DNA from: an uncultured delta proteobacterium
GTDB taxonomy: Bacteria > Desulfobacterota > Desulfobacteria > Desulfobacterales > Desulfatirhabdiaceae
Assembly: GCA_963789395.1 (NCBI GenBank)
Contig: CAWBKP010000022.1
Location: 333,455-397,454, forward strand
Direction: 5' to 3'
Length of the DNA: 64,000 bases
Shown: positions 40,954 to 49,530 of the stretch, piece after piece
Layout of the letters: every line of letters starts with the position of its first letter
How positions within the stretch are numbered: the stretch's first letter is position 1
Notes under the pieces: generated by a model
Databases searched by the model: none
What the model saw: only the letters and a program-made list of their open reading frames with translations
What the model was told of the DNA's origin: nothing
Translations under genes and position numbers: made by a program

Positions 40954-42261
40954 ATGCCCTGGAATGATACATTCGAATGCATGCCGGTTGCGGATCTTCA
41001 GAAATTCCAACTGGAAAAGCTGAAAGAGACCGTGGCGTGGGCGTATGAAAGAGTCCCTTTTTACCGCCATAAACTGGAAGAATTAAAAATCAGGCCGGAC
41101 GATATTCAGTGCCTGGAAGACATTGCCAAACTTCCCTTTACAGTCAAAAATGATCTGCGGGACAATTACCCGTTCGGACTCTGCGCGGTCCCCCTGAAAG
41201 AAGTGGTACGGGTGCACGCCTCTTCCGGAACCACCGGCAAACCCATCACCGGCCCGTATACCGCAGATGACCTGGAACAATGGACCGAATGCATGGCCAG
41301 AACCCTGTGGTCTGCCGGCTTACGGCCGGACGATGTCGTCCAGAATGCCTATGGACACGGACTGTTTACCGGCGGCCTCGGGTTTCACCAGGGCGCAACG
41401 CGTCTGGGCTGTACGGTCGTTCCCACAAGTTCTGGCCTGACCGAGCGCCAGATCATGCTGATGAAGGATTTCGGAGCCACCGCCCTGTTCTCGACTCCGT
41501 CCTATGCCCTGACCATCGCGGAAAGGGCTGAGGAGTTGAAAGTCAACCTTAAAGACCTGCCGCTTCGGGTCGGTGTTTTTGGTGCAGAGCCCTGGACCAT
41601 CGCCATGCGCGAGGAGATTGAGCGCCGCATGGGCATCCGGGCCAACGAAGCCTACGGCCTGACGGAGCTTTGCGGACCCGGCGTTGCATTTGACTGCGAA
41701 GCCCAGGATGGTCTGCATATCAACGAAGACCATTTTCTGGCTGAAATCGTGGATCCCGGCACATTCGAGCCGCTCCCGCTCGGCGAAAAAGGGGAGTTGA
41801 TCTTTACCTCCCTGCAGCGCCGTGCCATGCCCATGCTGCGCTACCGGACAAAGGATATTACCTGTTTCCGCCGTGAGACCTGCGCCTGCGGCAGAACACT
41901 GCTCAAGATGGACAAGCTTTCCGGCAGAACCGATGACATGCTGATCATCAGCGGCGTCAACGTATTTCCTTCCCAGATTGAAGCCCTGCTTCTGGAAATT
42001 CCCGAAGTGGAGCCCCAATACCGCCTGCTGGTCCGCAAAAAAGGATATCTGGATCATCTGGTTGTTCAGGTTGAAGGAAAAAAAGAAATCTATGAGGCCG
42101 GCGGTGAAAAGCGCCTTGAAATCGAATCCAAAGTCTCCGCCCACATCAAGGGAATGATGGGTGTGGGCGTTGAAGTCAACATCGTCGAGCCCAAGTTTAT
42201 CACCCGAAGCGAAGGAAAAGCCCTGCGGGTGGTGGACGAAAGGCCAAGGCATTTGCGCTGA
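40954..42261 (+). CDS. paaK: Phenylacetate-CoA ligase family protein
   Basis: DLRDNYPFG, HASSGTTGKP, GLFTGGLG, FGAEPW, YGLTE, GRTDDMLIISGVNVFPSQIE. Confidence 0.88.
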   Translation: MPWNDTFECMPVADLQKFQLEKLKETVAWAYERVPFYRHKLEELKIRPDDIQCLEDIAKLPFTVKNDLRDNYPFGLCAVPLKEVVRVHASSGTTGKPITGPYTADDLEQWTECMARTLWSAGLRPDDVVQNAYGHGLFTGGLGFHQGATRLGCTVVPTSSGLTERQIMLMKDFGATALFSTPSYALTIAERAEELKVNLKDLPLRVGVFGAEPWTIAMREEIERRMGIRANEAYGLTELCGPGVAFDCEAQDGLHINEDHFLAEIVDPGTFEPLPLGEKGELIFTSLQRRAMPMLRYRTKDITCFRRETCACGRTLLKMDKLSGRTDDMLIISGVNVFPSQIEALLLEIPEVEPQYRLLVRKKGYLDHLVVQVEGKKEIYEAGGEKRLEIESKVSAHIKGMMGVGVEVNIVEPKFITRSEGKALRVVDERPRHLR

Positions 42262-42315
42262 CGCCGGATCTTTGCAGGGCCGGTCCATTGCAGTCAAAGG
42301 AAGATATAGGCTTTT

Positions 42316-44175
42316 GTGAAAAACCAATCGCATTCCGAATCTCCCATATCGTGTCTCAGCGCTGAACAGCGCTATCGCGCGTTTCTGGAATTTATGCCGG
42401 ACCCGGTATTTGTCTTTAATCTGGACAATACCGTTTCATACCTGAACCCTGCCTTTGAAAAGGTCTTCGGATGGTCCCTGTCGGAACTCGAAGGTAAAAT
42501 CATTCCCTTTGTTCCGGAATCCGCAAAAGAGCAAACCCGGCTCGGAATCGAAAAACTCTACAGCGAAAAAGCCATTCACGGATTTGAAACCCAGCGCCTG
42601 ACCCGTGACGGCAGGCTGCTGGATATCGTGGTGGACGGGGCTATTTTTTATGATGAACACTGCCGGCCAGCCGGTCAGGTGATTACCCTCCGGGATGTGA
42701 CCCGTGAAAAACGGGTGGGCCGGATGAATCAGGCCCTGTTGCGTATCGCCAATTCGCTGTATCAGTTTCGCAGGCTGGAGGACCGCCTGGAGTTCATCAT
42801 CCAGGAAGTTCAGGAACTCCTGGCTGTCAGGGGCGCTTCGGTCATCCTGCTGGATGCGGAAAAACAGGAGTTTTATTTTCCCGTAGCCAATTTTGAGGAT
42901 GCCGGCACCGAAGAACGCATGCGGGAAATTCGCTTCCCGGCGGACAAGGGCGTGGCCGGCCATGTGTATCGCACCGGAAAACCCCTGATTGTTCCGGACT
43001 ATCCCCGCAGCCCGTATTTTTTTCCTGTCGTGGATATGAAGTCCGGCTATCAGACGCTCAATATGCTCGATGTACCCATTCAGATTCCGGAGCGGATGAT
43101 CGGCGTGCTGTGCGCAGTGAATAAAAAAGAAGGCGAATTTGACCAGACCGATGTCGAATTTTTAAGCGCCATCGCAAGCGCCGTCGCCTTTCCCATCGAA
43201 AACGCCCGCATCAACGCGGAACTTCGTCTTTCCTATGAAGAGGTCCAAACCCTGAGCCGCGCCAAGGACAGGGTGATTCATCATCTCTCTCATGAGCTGA
43301 AAACGCCGGTATCCGTCCTTTCCGCTTCATTGGGCCTGCTGGGAAAAAAAATCTCCGGGAAAAATGAAGATCCGGGCGTCCAGCGCATTCTGGAACGGGC
43401 CCAGCGCAGCCTGGCACGGATCCTGGACATGCAGTATCAGGTTCAGGATATTCTTCGGCAGCGCGATTACCGGGCCTACGATCTGCTTTCGGTGCTGATG
43501 GACAACTGCGCGGACATGCTTGAAACCCTTGCGGACGAAGCCTGTGAAGCGGGGACGGCTTCCCGGAAAATCCGGAGCCGGATTCAAGAATTGTTCGGGC
43601 CGGTGGATTCTGTTTCCGAAGAGATCCAGCTGGATGTGTTTGCCGAAAACGTCATCCGTGAACTGGAACCCCGGTTTGCCCATCGCAACTGTCGAATCCT
43701 TCGCCAGTTTGCGCCCACGCCCCCTGTTTTTATTCCCAAAGACGTGCTATATAAACTTATCGAAGGGCTTCTTCGAAACGCCATCGAAAATACCCCGGAC
43801 TCTGGACTGATCGAAATCGGCATTCGCAGTCAGGCCTCCGGTTCCGAGCTCGAGATTAAGGATTACGGTATCGGCATCACTGCTGAAAACCAGAAATTGA
43901 TTTTTGAAAGCCATGTCACGACCATGGAGCCGCTTCAGTATGCCACCCGCAGCCCCTACGATTTTCACGCCGGCGGCAAGGGATTTGATCTGCTGAGGAT
44001 GAAGATATTTTCCGAACGCTATCATTTCTCGATTCGCATGCGCTCCAACCGCTGCATGTATATTCCCGAAGATACGGACTTGTGTCCGGGGGATGTACGG
44101 CAATGCAGCCACTGCAACACCCTGGAGGACTGCCTGCGATCCGGCGGAACCACGATGACGGTAAGTTTTATATGA
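42316..44175 (+). CDS. PAS/GAF sensor histidine kinase with Cys-rich C-terminus
   Basis: PAS (YLNPAFEKVFG), GAF (GVAG..NKKEGEF), SHELKTP, NAIE, DYGIG. Confidence 0.88.
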   Translation: MKNQSHSESPISCLSAEQRYRAFLEFMPDPVFVFNLDNTVSYLNPAFEKVFGWSLSELEGKIIPFVPESAKEQTRLGIEKLYSEKAIHGFETQRLTRDGRLLDIVVDGAIFYDEHCRPAGQVITLRDVTREKRVGRMNQALLRIANSLYQFRRLEDRLEFIIQEVQELLAVRGASVILLDAEKQEFYFPVANFEDAGTEERMREIRFPADKGVAGHVYRTGKPLIVPDYPRSPYFFPVVDMKSGYQTLNMLDVPIQIPERMIGVLCAVNKKEGEFDQTDVEFLSAIASAVAFPIENARINAELRLSYEEVQTLSRAKDRVIHHLSHELKTPVSVLSASLGLLGKKISGKNEDPGVQRILERAQRSLARILDMQYQVQDILRQRDYRAYDLLSVLMDNCADMLETLADEACEAGTASRKIRSRIQELFGPVDSVSEEIQLDVFAENVIRELEPRFAHRNCRILRQFAPTPPVFIPKDVLYKLIEGLLRNAIENTPDSGLIEIGIRSQASGSELEIKDYGIGITAENQKLIFESHVTTMEPLQYATRSPYDFHAGGKGFDLLRMKIFSERYHFSIRMRSNRCMYIPEDTDLCPGDVRQCSHCNTLEDCLRSGGTTMTVSFI

Positions 44176-44969
44176 AAAACGAAAACGGGTTTTTTCGCGA
44201 CATCGAAATTGAATTTTTAATCCATGAGCTCAAAGATCCGGTTTCGGTGATTGAAACGGGCATTCGAACGCTTCTGGAACGCCGAGAAACGCATGGGCCG
44301 CTTTCTGCGCGACAGGAAAAAACGCTGAAGCGCGTCTTAAGAAATGTCCAGAAAGCGCGAAGCATGATGTACGGGCTTCTGGAAATCGGGCGATCTCAGG
44401 CAGGGTGCTTTGCCTGCTCGAGCTTTCAGCTGGTGCCGACGGTTCAGGATACGTTGATGGAAGCGGTGGAGTCGGTCTGTCCCTCTGTTTTTGATCAGAT
44501 CACGCTGCTCGACAGCCCGGAAGAAACCCTTGCGTTTTTATCCAGCCAATGTATCTATGTGCATATCGATTCGGAAGTCTCTCAGCTTGAGATGAATCAG
44601 GACGAAGTCAAATTCCGGCAGATTGCCGGCAATCTGATCAAAAACGCCCTGCACCATCGCAGGCAGCGCGTGGATATCGGCCTGGGCTGTCAAAATAAAA
44701 TGGTGCGGATCGAGGTTTCCGATGACGGACCGGGAATCGGCGCCGAACACCACGAAATGGTTTTTCGCAGATACACGCAGCTAAAGGCCGATGATGCGCT
44801 GTCGCGCACCGGACACGGGCTCGGGCTGGCCGGTGCATTGATTCTGGCGCAATCCATGGGCGGAACCATCGAAATCATCAGCCGGAAAGGCAAGGGCGCC
44901 ACGTTTCGGCTGATGCTTCCCCTGGCGTTGAATTCTCAAGACAGGGACGTTCCTTCATCCACACCGTAA
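44172..44969 (+). CDS. Sensor-less histidine kinase (HisKA + HATPase)
   Basis: LIHELKDP within 20 aa of the start; NLIKNA, DDGPGI, GHGLGL. ATGA overlap. Confidence 0.85.
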   Translation: MKNENGFFRDIEIEFLIHELKDPVSVIETGIRTLLERRETHGPLSARQEKTLKRVLRNVQKARSMMYGLLEIGRSQAGCFACSSFQLVPTVQDTLMEAVESVCPSVFDQITLLDSPEETLAFLSSQCIYVHIDSEVSQLEMNQDEVKFRQIAGNLIKNALHHRRQRVDIGLGCQNKMVRIEVSDDGPGIGAEHHEMVFRRYTQLKADDALSRTGHGLGLAGALILAQSMGGTIEIISRKGKGATFRLMLPLALNSQDRDVPSSTP

Positions 44970-44995
44970 TCTTATTTTCAAGGAGACTGCAAGCA

Positions 44996-45553
44996 ATGGG
45001 CGAATCCGTATCTCATATCACAGGCAAACATATTCTGGCGGTTGATGATGAAGAAGATGTTCTGGAAACCATCGAAGACATTCTGGAAGGGGCCAAGGTG
45101 GATCGCGCCAGGGATTATGAATCCGCTTCCCGGAAAATCCGGGACAATATCTATGATCTGGCCATACTGGACATCATGGGGGTCAACGGGCTGCAGCTTT
45201 TAGAGGAGTCGGTCGCCCGGGGAATCCCCACGGTCATGCTGACCGCCCATGCCGTCAATCCGGAAACCCTGATGTCTTCCATCCGAAAAGGCGCCATTTC
45301 CTATCTTCCCAAGGAAATGCTGGCGGAACTGGATAGCCTGCTGAACGAACTGCTTGACGCCAGAGCACAGGGAAAGCCGCCGTGGCGCCTCTTGTTCGAC
45401 AAGCTGGGAAAATACTTTGACGAGCGGTTCGGAAGTGACTGGAAAGAAAAAGACAAGGCGTTCTGGTCGGATTTCAGCCGAACCTACCAGATCGGCAAGG
45501 GCATTCAGGAGCGGCTCCAGCATGACCCCACGATTCAGGGAAAAGGAATATAG
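44996..45553 (+). CDS. Response regulator (receiver + short C-terminal extension)
   Basis: AVDDE, ILDIMG, MLTAH, YLPK. Confidence 0.88.
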   Translation: MGESVSHITGKHILAVDDEEDVLETIEDILEGAKVDRARDYESASRKIRDNIYDLAILDIMGVNGLQLLEESVARGIPTVMLTAHAVNPETLMSSIRKGAISYLPKEMLAELDSLLNELLDARAQGKPPWRLLFDKLGKYFDERFGSDWKEKDKAFWSDFSRTYQIGKGIQERLQHDPTIQGKGI

Positions 45554-45556
45554 AAA

Positions 45557-45620
45557 ACAGGCTGAAGACCAACGACCGAAGGCTGATGGTTTTCCTTCAA
45601 CCTTCGGTCTTTAGCCTTTT
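45557..45620. terminator. Long hairpin between convergent genes (heptamer-type repeat / terminator)
   Basis: AGGCTGAAGACC...GGTCTTTAGCCT stem. First 13 nt identical to 33907-33919. Confidence 0.5.
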
Positions 45621-48600
45621 ACAGGATTGCCGCGTGATATTCCTGAAGGGACCTGACCTGAGGCGGCCCTTCGCGGCGCGCGGCGATCCCTTTTGCTGCC
45701 GAAATGGCGGCTGCCGTGGTGGTGATATAGGGTGTTTTGTATCGGATCGCGGCTTTCCGGATCGCACTGCCGTCTTCCGAACTGCGCCGGCCGCTGGGGG
45801 TGTTGACGATCAGATTCACCTCGCCGTTTTTCAGGGCATCCACAAGATCCGGCCGTCCATACCCCAGTTTTTTAACCTCCTGGGATGCAATGCCGTTTTG
45901 TTTGAAAAAATCGTGAGTCCCCCGGGTGGCCATCAACCGGAAACCCATGTCGCGGAAAAGGCGGGCAGGCTCCATGGCCGCCTGCTTATCCAGATCCGAA
46001 ACCGTGAACAGCACCCCGCCTTCCAGCGGCAGCGGCGTCTGCGTGGCTTCCTGAGCCTTGAAAAACGCGCGGCCGAAATTCCGCGAAAGCCCCAGCACCT
46101 CCCCGGTTGACCGCATTTCCGGCCCCAGCACCGGGTCCACTTCCGGAAACATGTTGAACGGAAACACCGATTCCTTCACACCGAAATGGGGAATGACAGC
46201 AGGCGTCAGGTTGAGATCCGACAGCTTTTTCCCCAGAATGATTTCGGTGGCGATTCGGGCCATGGAGATATTGCAGACCTTGGATACGATCGGAACGGTC
46301 CGGGAGGCTCTGGGATTGGCCTCCAGCACATACACCGTGTTGAAGAAAATCGCATACTGAATATTCATCAGCCCCACGACCCCCAATTCGGAAGCGATTT
46401 TCCGGGTATATTCCCGGATGGTCTCCACGTGCTTGGTCGGAATGCCGATCGTGGGAATGACGCAGGCCGAATCACCCGAATGAATGCCGGCAAGCTCAAT
46501 ATGCTCCATGACAGCGGGAACAAACGCATCGGTGCCGTCCGCGATGGCGTCCGCTTCGGCCTCGATGGCGTTGTCGAGAAATTTATCGATATAAATGGGC
46601 CGCTCCGGTGAAACCGCCACGGCAACTTTCATATAATGCCGCAGCATTTCCTCGTCATGAACAATTTCCATGGCCCGTCCGCCCAGAACATAAGAAGGCC
46701 GGACGATCAGCGGATATCCGATGGCTGTGGCAATGGCAAGGGCCTCATCGGCTGTTCCGGCCAGTCCGGATTCGGGTTGAGGAATGGCCATCCGCCGCAT
46801 GATCCGGCTGAAACGCTCCCTGTCTTCGGCCAGGTCGATGGTTTCAGGGCTGGTTCCCAGGATTTTCACGCCGGCTGCCGCCAGTTCGGCGGCGATGTTC
46901 AGGGGAGTCTGCCCGCCGAACTGAACGATCACGCCTTCGGGACGCTCTTTTTCATAAATGCTGAGGACGTCTTCAACGGTCAGGGGCTCAAAATAGAGCT
47001 TGTCGGAGGTATCGTAATCCGTGGATACGGTTTCCGGGTTGCAGTTGACCATGATGGATTCGTAGCCTGCATCCCGTATGGCGAATGCGGCATGGACGCA
47101 GCAGTAGTCAAATTCGATTCCCTGCCCGATGCGATTTGGCCCGCCGCCAAGCACCATGATTTTCTTCCGGCTGCTGACCGGCACGCTGTCCGGCGCATTG
47201 TAGGTTGAAAAATAATAGGCTGCGTTTTCCACACCGCTGACAGGCACCGCTTCCCATGCTTCGGCCATGCCGGCGGCCTTTCGCCGGCTGCGCACCTGTT
47301 CCTCTGGAATCTCCAGTATCTTTGCCAGATATTTGTCGGCAAATCCGTCTTTTTTTGCCAGGATCAGCAGATCATCCGGAAGCGCTTTTCCTTTGTACTT
47401 CAGGATGTCATTTTCAAGCGACACAAGCTCTTTCATCTGCTCTAGAAACCAAGGCTTGATATGCGTTTTTTCGTAAAGGGTTGTTAAATCCGCGCCTTTT
47501 CGAATCGCCTCATAAAGAATAAACTGCCGCTCGCTGGACGGGGTTCCCAGCATGGCCATCAGGCTGTTTAAAGGCTGCTGGTGAAAATCCTTGGCAAACC
47601 CCAGTCCGTAACGGCCGATTTCAAGAGAGCGAATGGCTTTTTGAAGGGCTTCCTTGTAATTTTTACCGATGCTCATGACTTCGCCCACAGCGCGCATCTG
47701 GGTGCCCAGACGGTCTTCGACGCCGGGAAATTTTTCAAATGCCCATCTGGCGAACTTGACCACCACATAGTCGCCGGACGGGGTGTACTTTTCAAGGGTT
47801 CCGTCTCTCCAGTAGGGGATTTCATCCAGGGTCATGCCGCCTGCCAGCAGTGAGGACACCTGGGCGATGGGAAATCCGGTGGCTTTGGAAGCAAGGGCCG
47901 AAGACCGCGAGGTTCGGGGGTTGATTTCGATCACTACCACCCGACCCGTCTTTGGATCATGGGCGAACTGGACATTGGTGCCGCCGATGACTTCAATGGC
48001 TTCTACAATCCGGTAGGAATAATCCTGAAGCTTTTTTTGAAGTTCCGGCGATATGGTCAGCATGGGGGCCGTGCAGTAGCTGTCTCCGGTATGAATGCCC
48101 ATGGCGTCCACATTCTCGATAAAGCAGACGGTGATCATCTGGTTTTTGGCATCCCGGACCACCTCCAGCTCCAGCTCTTCCCAGCCCAGAACCGATTCCT
48201 CCACCAGTATCTGATGCACCCGGCTGGCGGCAAGGCCCCGCGCCGCAATCACCCGAAGCTCTTCGACATTGTAAACCAGACCACCGCCGGTTCCGCCCAT
48301 GGTATAGGCAGGACGGATCACCACCGGATAACCCAGGCTCTCGGCAGTTTTTTCAGCATCTTCAACCGTGTTCACCGCCTGGCTGCGGGGCATTTCAATG
48401 CCCAGTCGATTCATGGTTTCCTTGAACGCCGTCCGGTCCTCGCCGCGTTCGATGGCATCGATATTGACTCCGATGACCTTGACCCCGTATTCGGCCAGAA
48501 CGCCGCCGGCATACAGCTCAGAGGCCAGATTCAGCGCCGTCTGACCGCCAAGATTCGGCAGCAGGGCATCAGGACGTTCCTTGGCGATGATTTCCGTAAG

Positions 48601-48819
48601 AACCTTGACGTTCAATGGCTCGATATAGGTAACGTCCGCCATGCCCGGATCGGTCATGATGGTTGCGGGGTTTGAATTCACCAGAACGATCTCGTATCCC
48701 ATGGACCGCAGGGCCTTGCAGGCCTGGGTTCCGGAATAGTCAAATTCGCAGGCCTGCCCGATGATAATGGGGCCTGAGCCGATAATCAGCACTTTGCGGA
48801 TATCCTGTCTTACGGGCAT
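45619..48819 (-). CDS. carB: Carbamoyl-phosphate synthase large subunit
   Basis: IGSGPIIIGQACEFDYSG, NPATIMTD, GQGIEFDYCCVH, EMRSTGEV; 1066 aa. Confidence 0.97.
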   Translation of the reverse strand: MPVRQDIRKVLIIGSGPIIIGQACEFDYSGTQACKALRSMGYEIVLVNSNPATIMTDPGMADVTYIEPLNVKVLTEIIAKERPDALLPNLGGQTALNLASELYAGGVLAEYGVKVIGVNIDAIERGEDRTAFKETMNRLGIEMPRSQAVNTVEDAEKTAESLGYPVVIRPAYTMGGTGGGLVYNVEELRVIAARGLAASRVHQILVEESVLGWEELELEVVRDAKNQMITVCFIENVDAMGIHTGDSYCTAPMLTISPELQKKLQDYSYRIVEAIEVIGGTNVQFAHDPKTGRVVVIEINPRTSRSSALASKATGFPIAQVSSLLAGGMTLDEIPYWRDGTLEKYTPSGDYVVVKFARWAFEKFPGVEDRLGTQMRAVGEVMSIGKNYKEALQKAIRSLEIGRYGLGFAKDFHQQPLNSLMAMLGTPSSERQFILYEAIRKGADLTTLYEKTHIKPWFLEQMKELVSLENDILKYKGKALPDDLLILAKKDGFADKYLAKILEIPEEQVRSRRKAAGMAEAWEAVPVSGVENAAYYFSTYNAPDSVPVSSRKKIMVLGGGPNRIGQGIEFDYCCVHAAFAIRDAGYESIMVNCNPETVSTDYDTSDKLYFEPLTVEDVLSIYEKERPEGVIVQFGGQTPLNIAAELAAAGVKILGTSPETIDLAEDRERFSRIMRRMAIPQPESGLAGTADEALAIATAIGYPLIVRPSYVLGGRAMEIVHDEEMLRHYMKVAVAVSPERPIYIDKFLDNAIEAEADAIADGTDAFVPAVMEHIELAGIHSGDSACVIPTIGIPTKHVETIREYTRKIASELGVVGLMNIQYAIFFNTVYVLEANPRASRTVPIVSKVCNISMARIATEIILGKKLSDLNLTPAVIPHFGVKESVFPFNMFPEVDPVLGPEMRSTGEVLGLSRNFGRAFFKAQEATQTPLPLEGGVLFTVSDLDKQAAMEPARLFRDMGFRLMATRGTHDFFKQNGIASQEVKKLGYGRPDLVDALKNGEVNLIVNTPSGRRSSEDGSAIRKAAIRYKTPYITTTAAAISAAKGIAARREGPPQVRSLQEYHAAIL

Positions 48820-49437
48820 TTACATCCTCCAATAGAGTTTTTGATCGCAGGTTACGGGGCCGATGATTTGGAGCCAAAACATGTTAAGCCAAACTAACCA
48901 ACATGAGCCAGAATAAAAGCCGGACATCATGCCGGATAAATAACCCCTCTGTATGATATTTCGAAAACAGTATGTATTAAACTGAAATATTTATATATTT
49001 TATGAAGATGTAACCCGAATATACGATTAAATCAAGTAAAAATAAAGGCGGCAGTGTGCGGGAGAATAAGTTCAACTTACTGCAATGGGGGTTCTGGCGT
49101 CAAACTCCATCCGGGTTCTTGAACCGGTTCGGCTATCAGAGAATATGATCGCAATTTCCCCAGGGAAGATCAGCTAACCGATCGCAGTTCTGATGAATTT
49201 TTGGGGCATAAAAACACACTATTGCAAATATATCGCTATCCAGGCGTTGGAGAAATCCGTGCCGAGTGCGATGGAATTTCATTATATTGATGGTGGTGTG
49301 TCTGTTTTGCAACGCCAATGTGAACGGATATTATATGGATTGGAGAAGCGTTAATTTGTTTGCAGAAATGGCAGCATTGTCATAGGGTATTTTTGGAAAA
49401 TTATTGAATTTGGCTTTAGGAGCTGGTCGCGAGAGTC

Positions 49438-49491
49438 AATGATACCGGTCGTATCCATTAAGATGGCCGGACTCAACAATATGAGCAAGTA
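49438..49491 (+). repeat. Core copy (A) of the kinase-tail/promoter module
   Basis: TCGTATCCAT(T/A)AAGATGGCCGGACTCAACAAT matches 52832-52863 at 31/32. Confidence 0.75.
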
Positions 49492-49530
49492 TGTGCAACA
49501 CAACTCGAATTTCAAACATAGGTTGCCACT

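Noticed and set aside
345..48675. Many long antisense or alternate-frame ORFs in the track (e.g. 345-1301, 2061-3119, 41320-42333)
   Set aside because: They shadow well-supported genes in GC-rich DNA and show no recognisable motifs.
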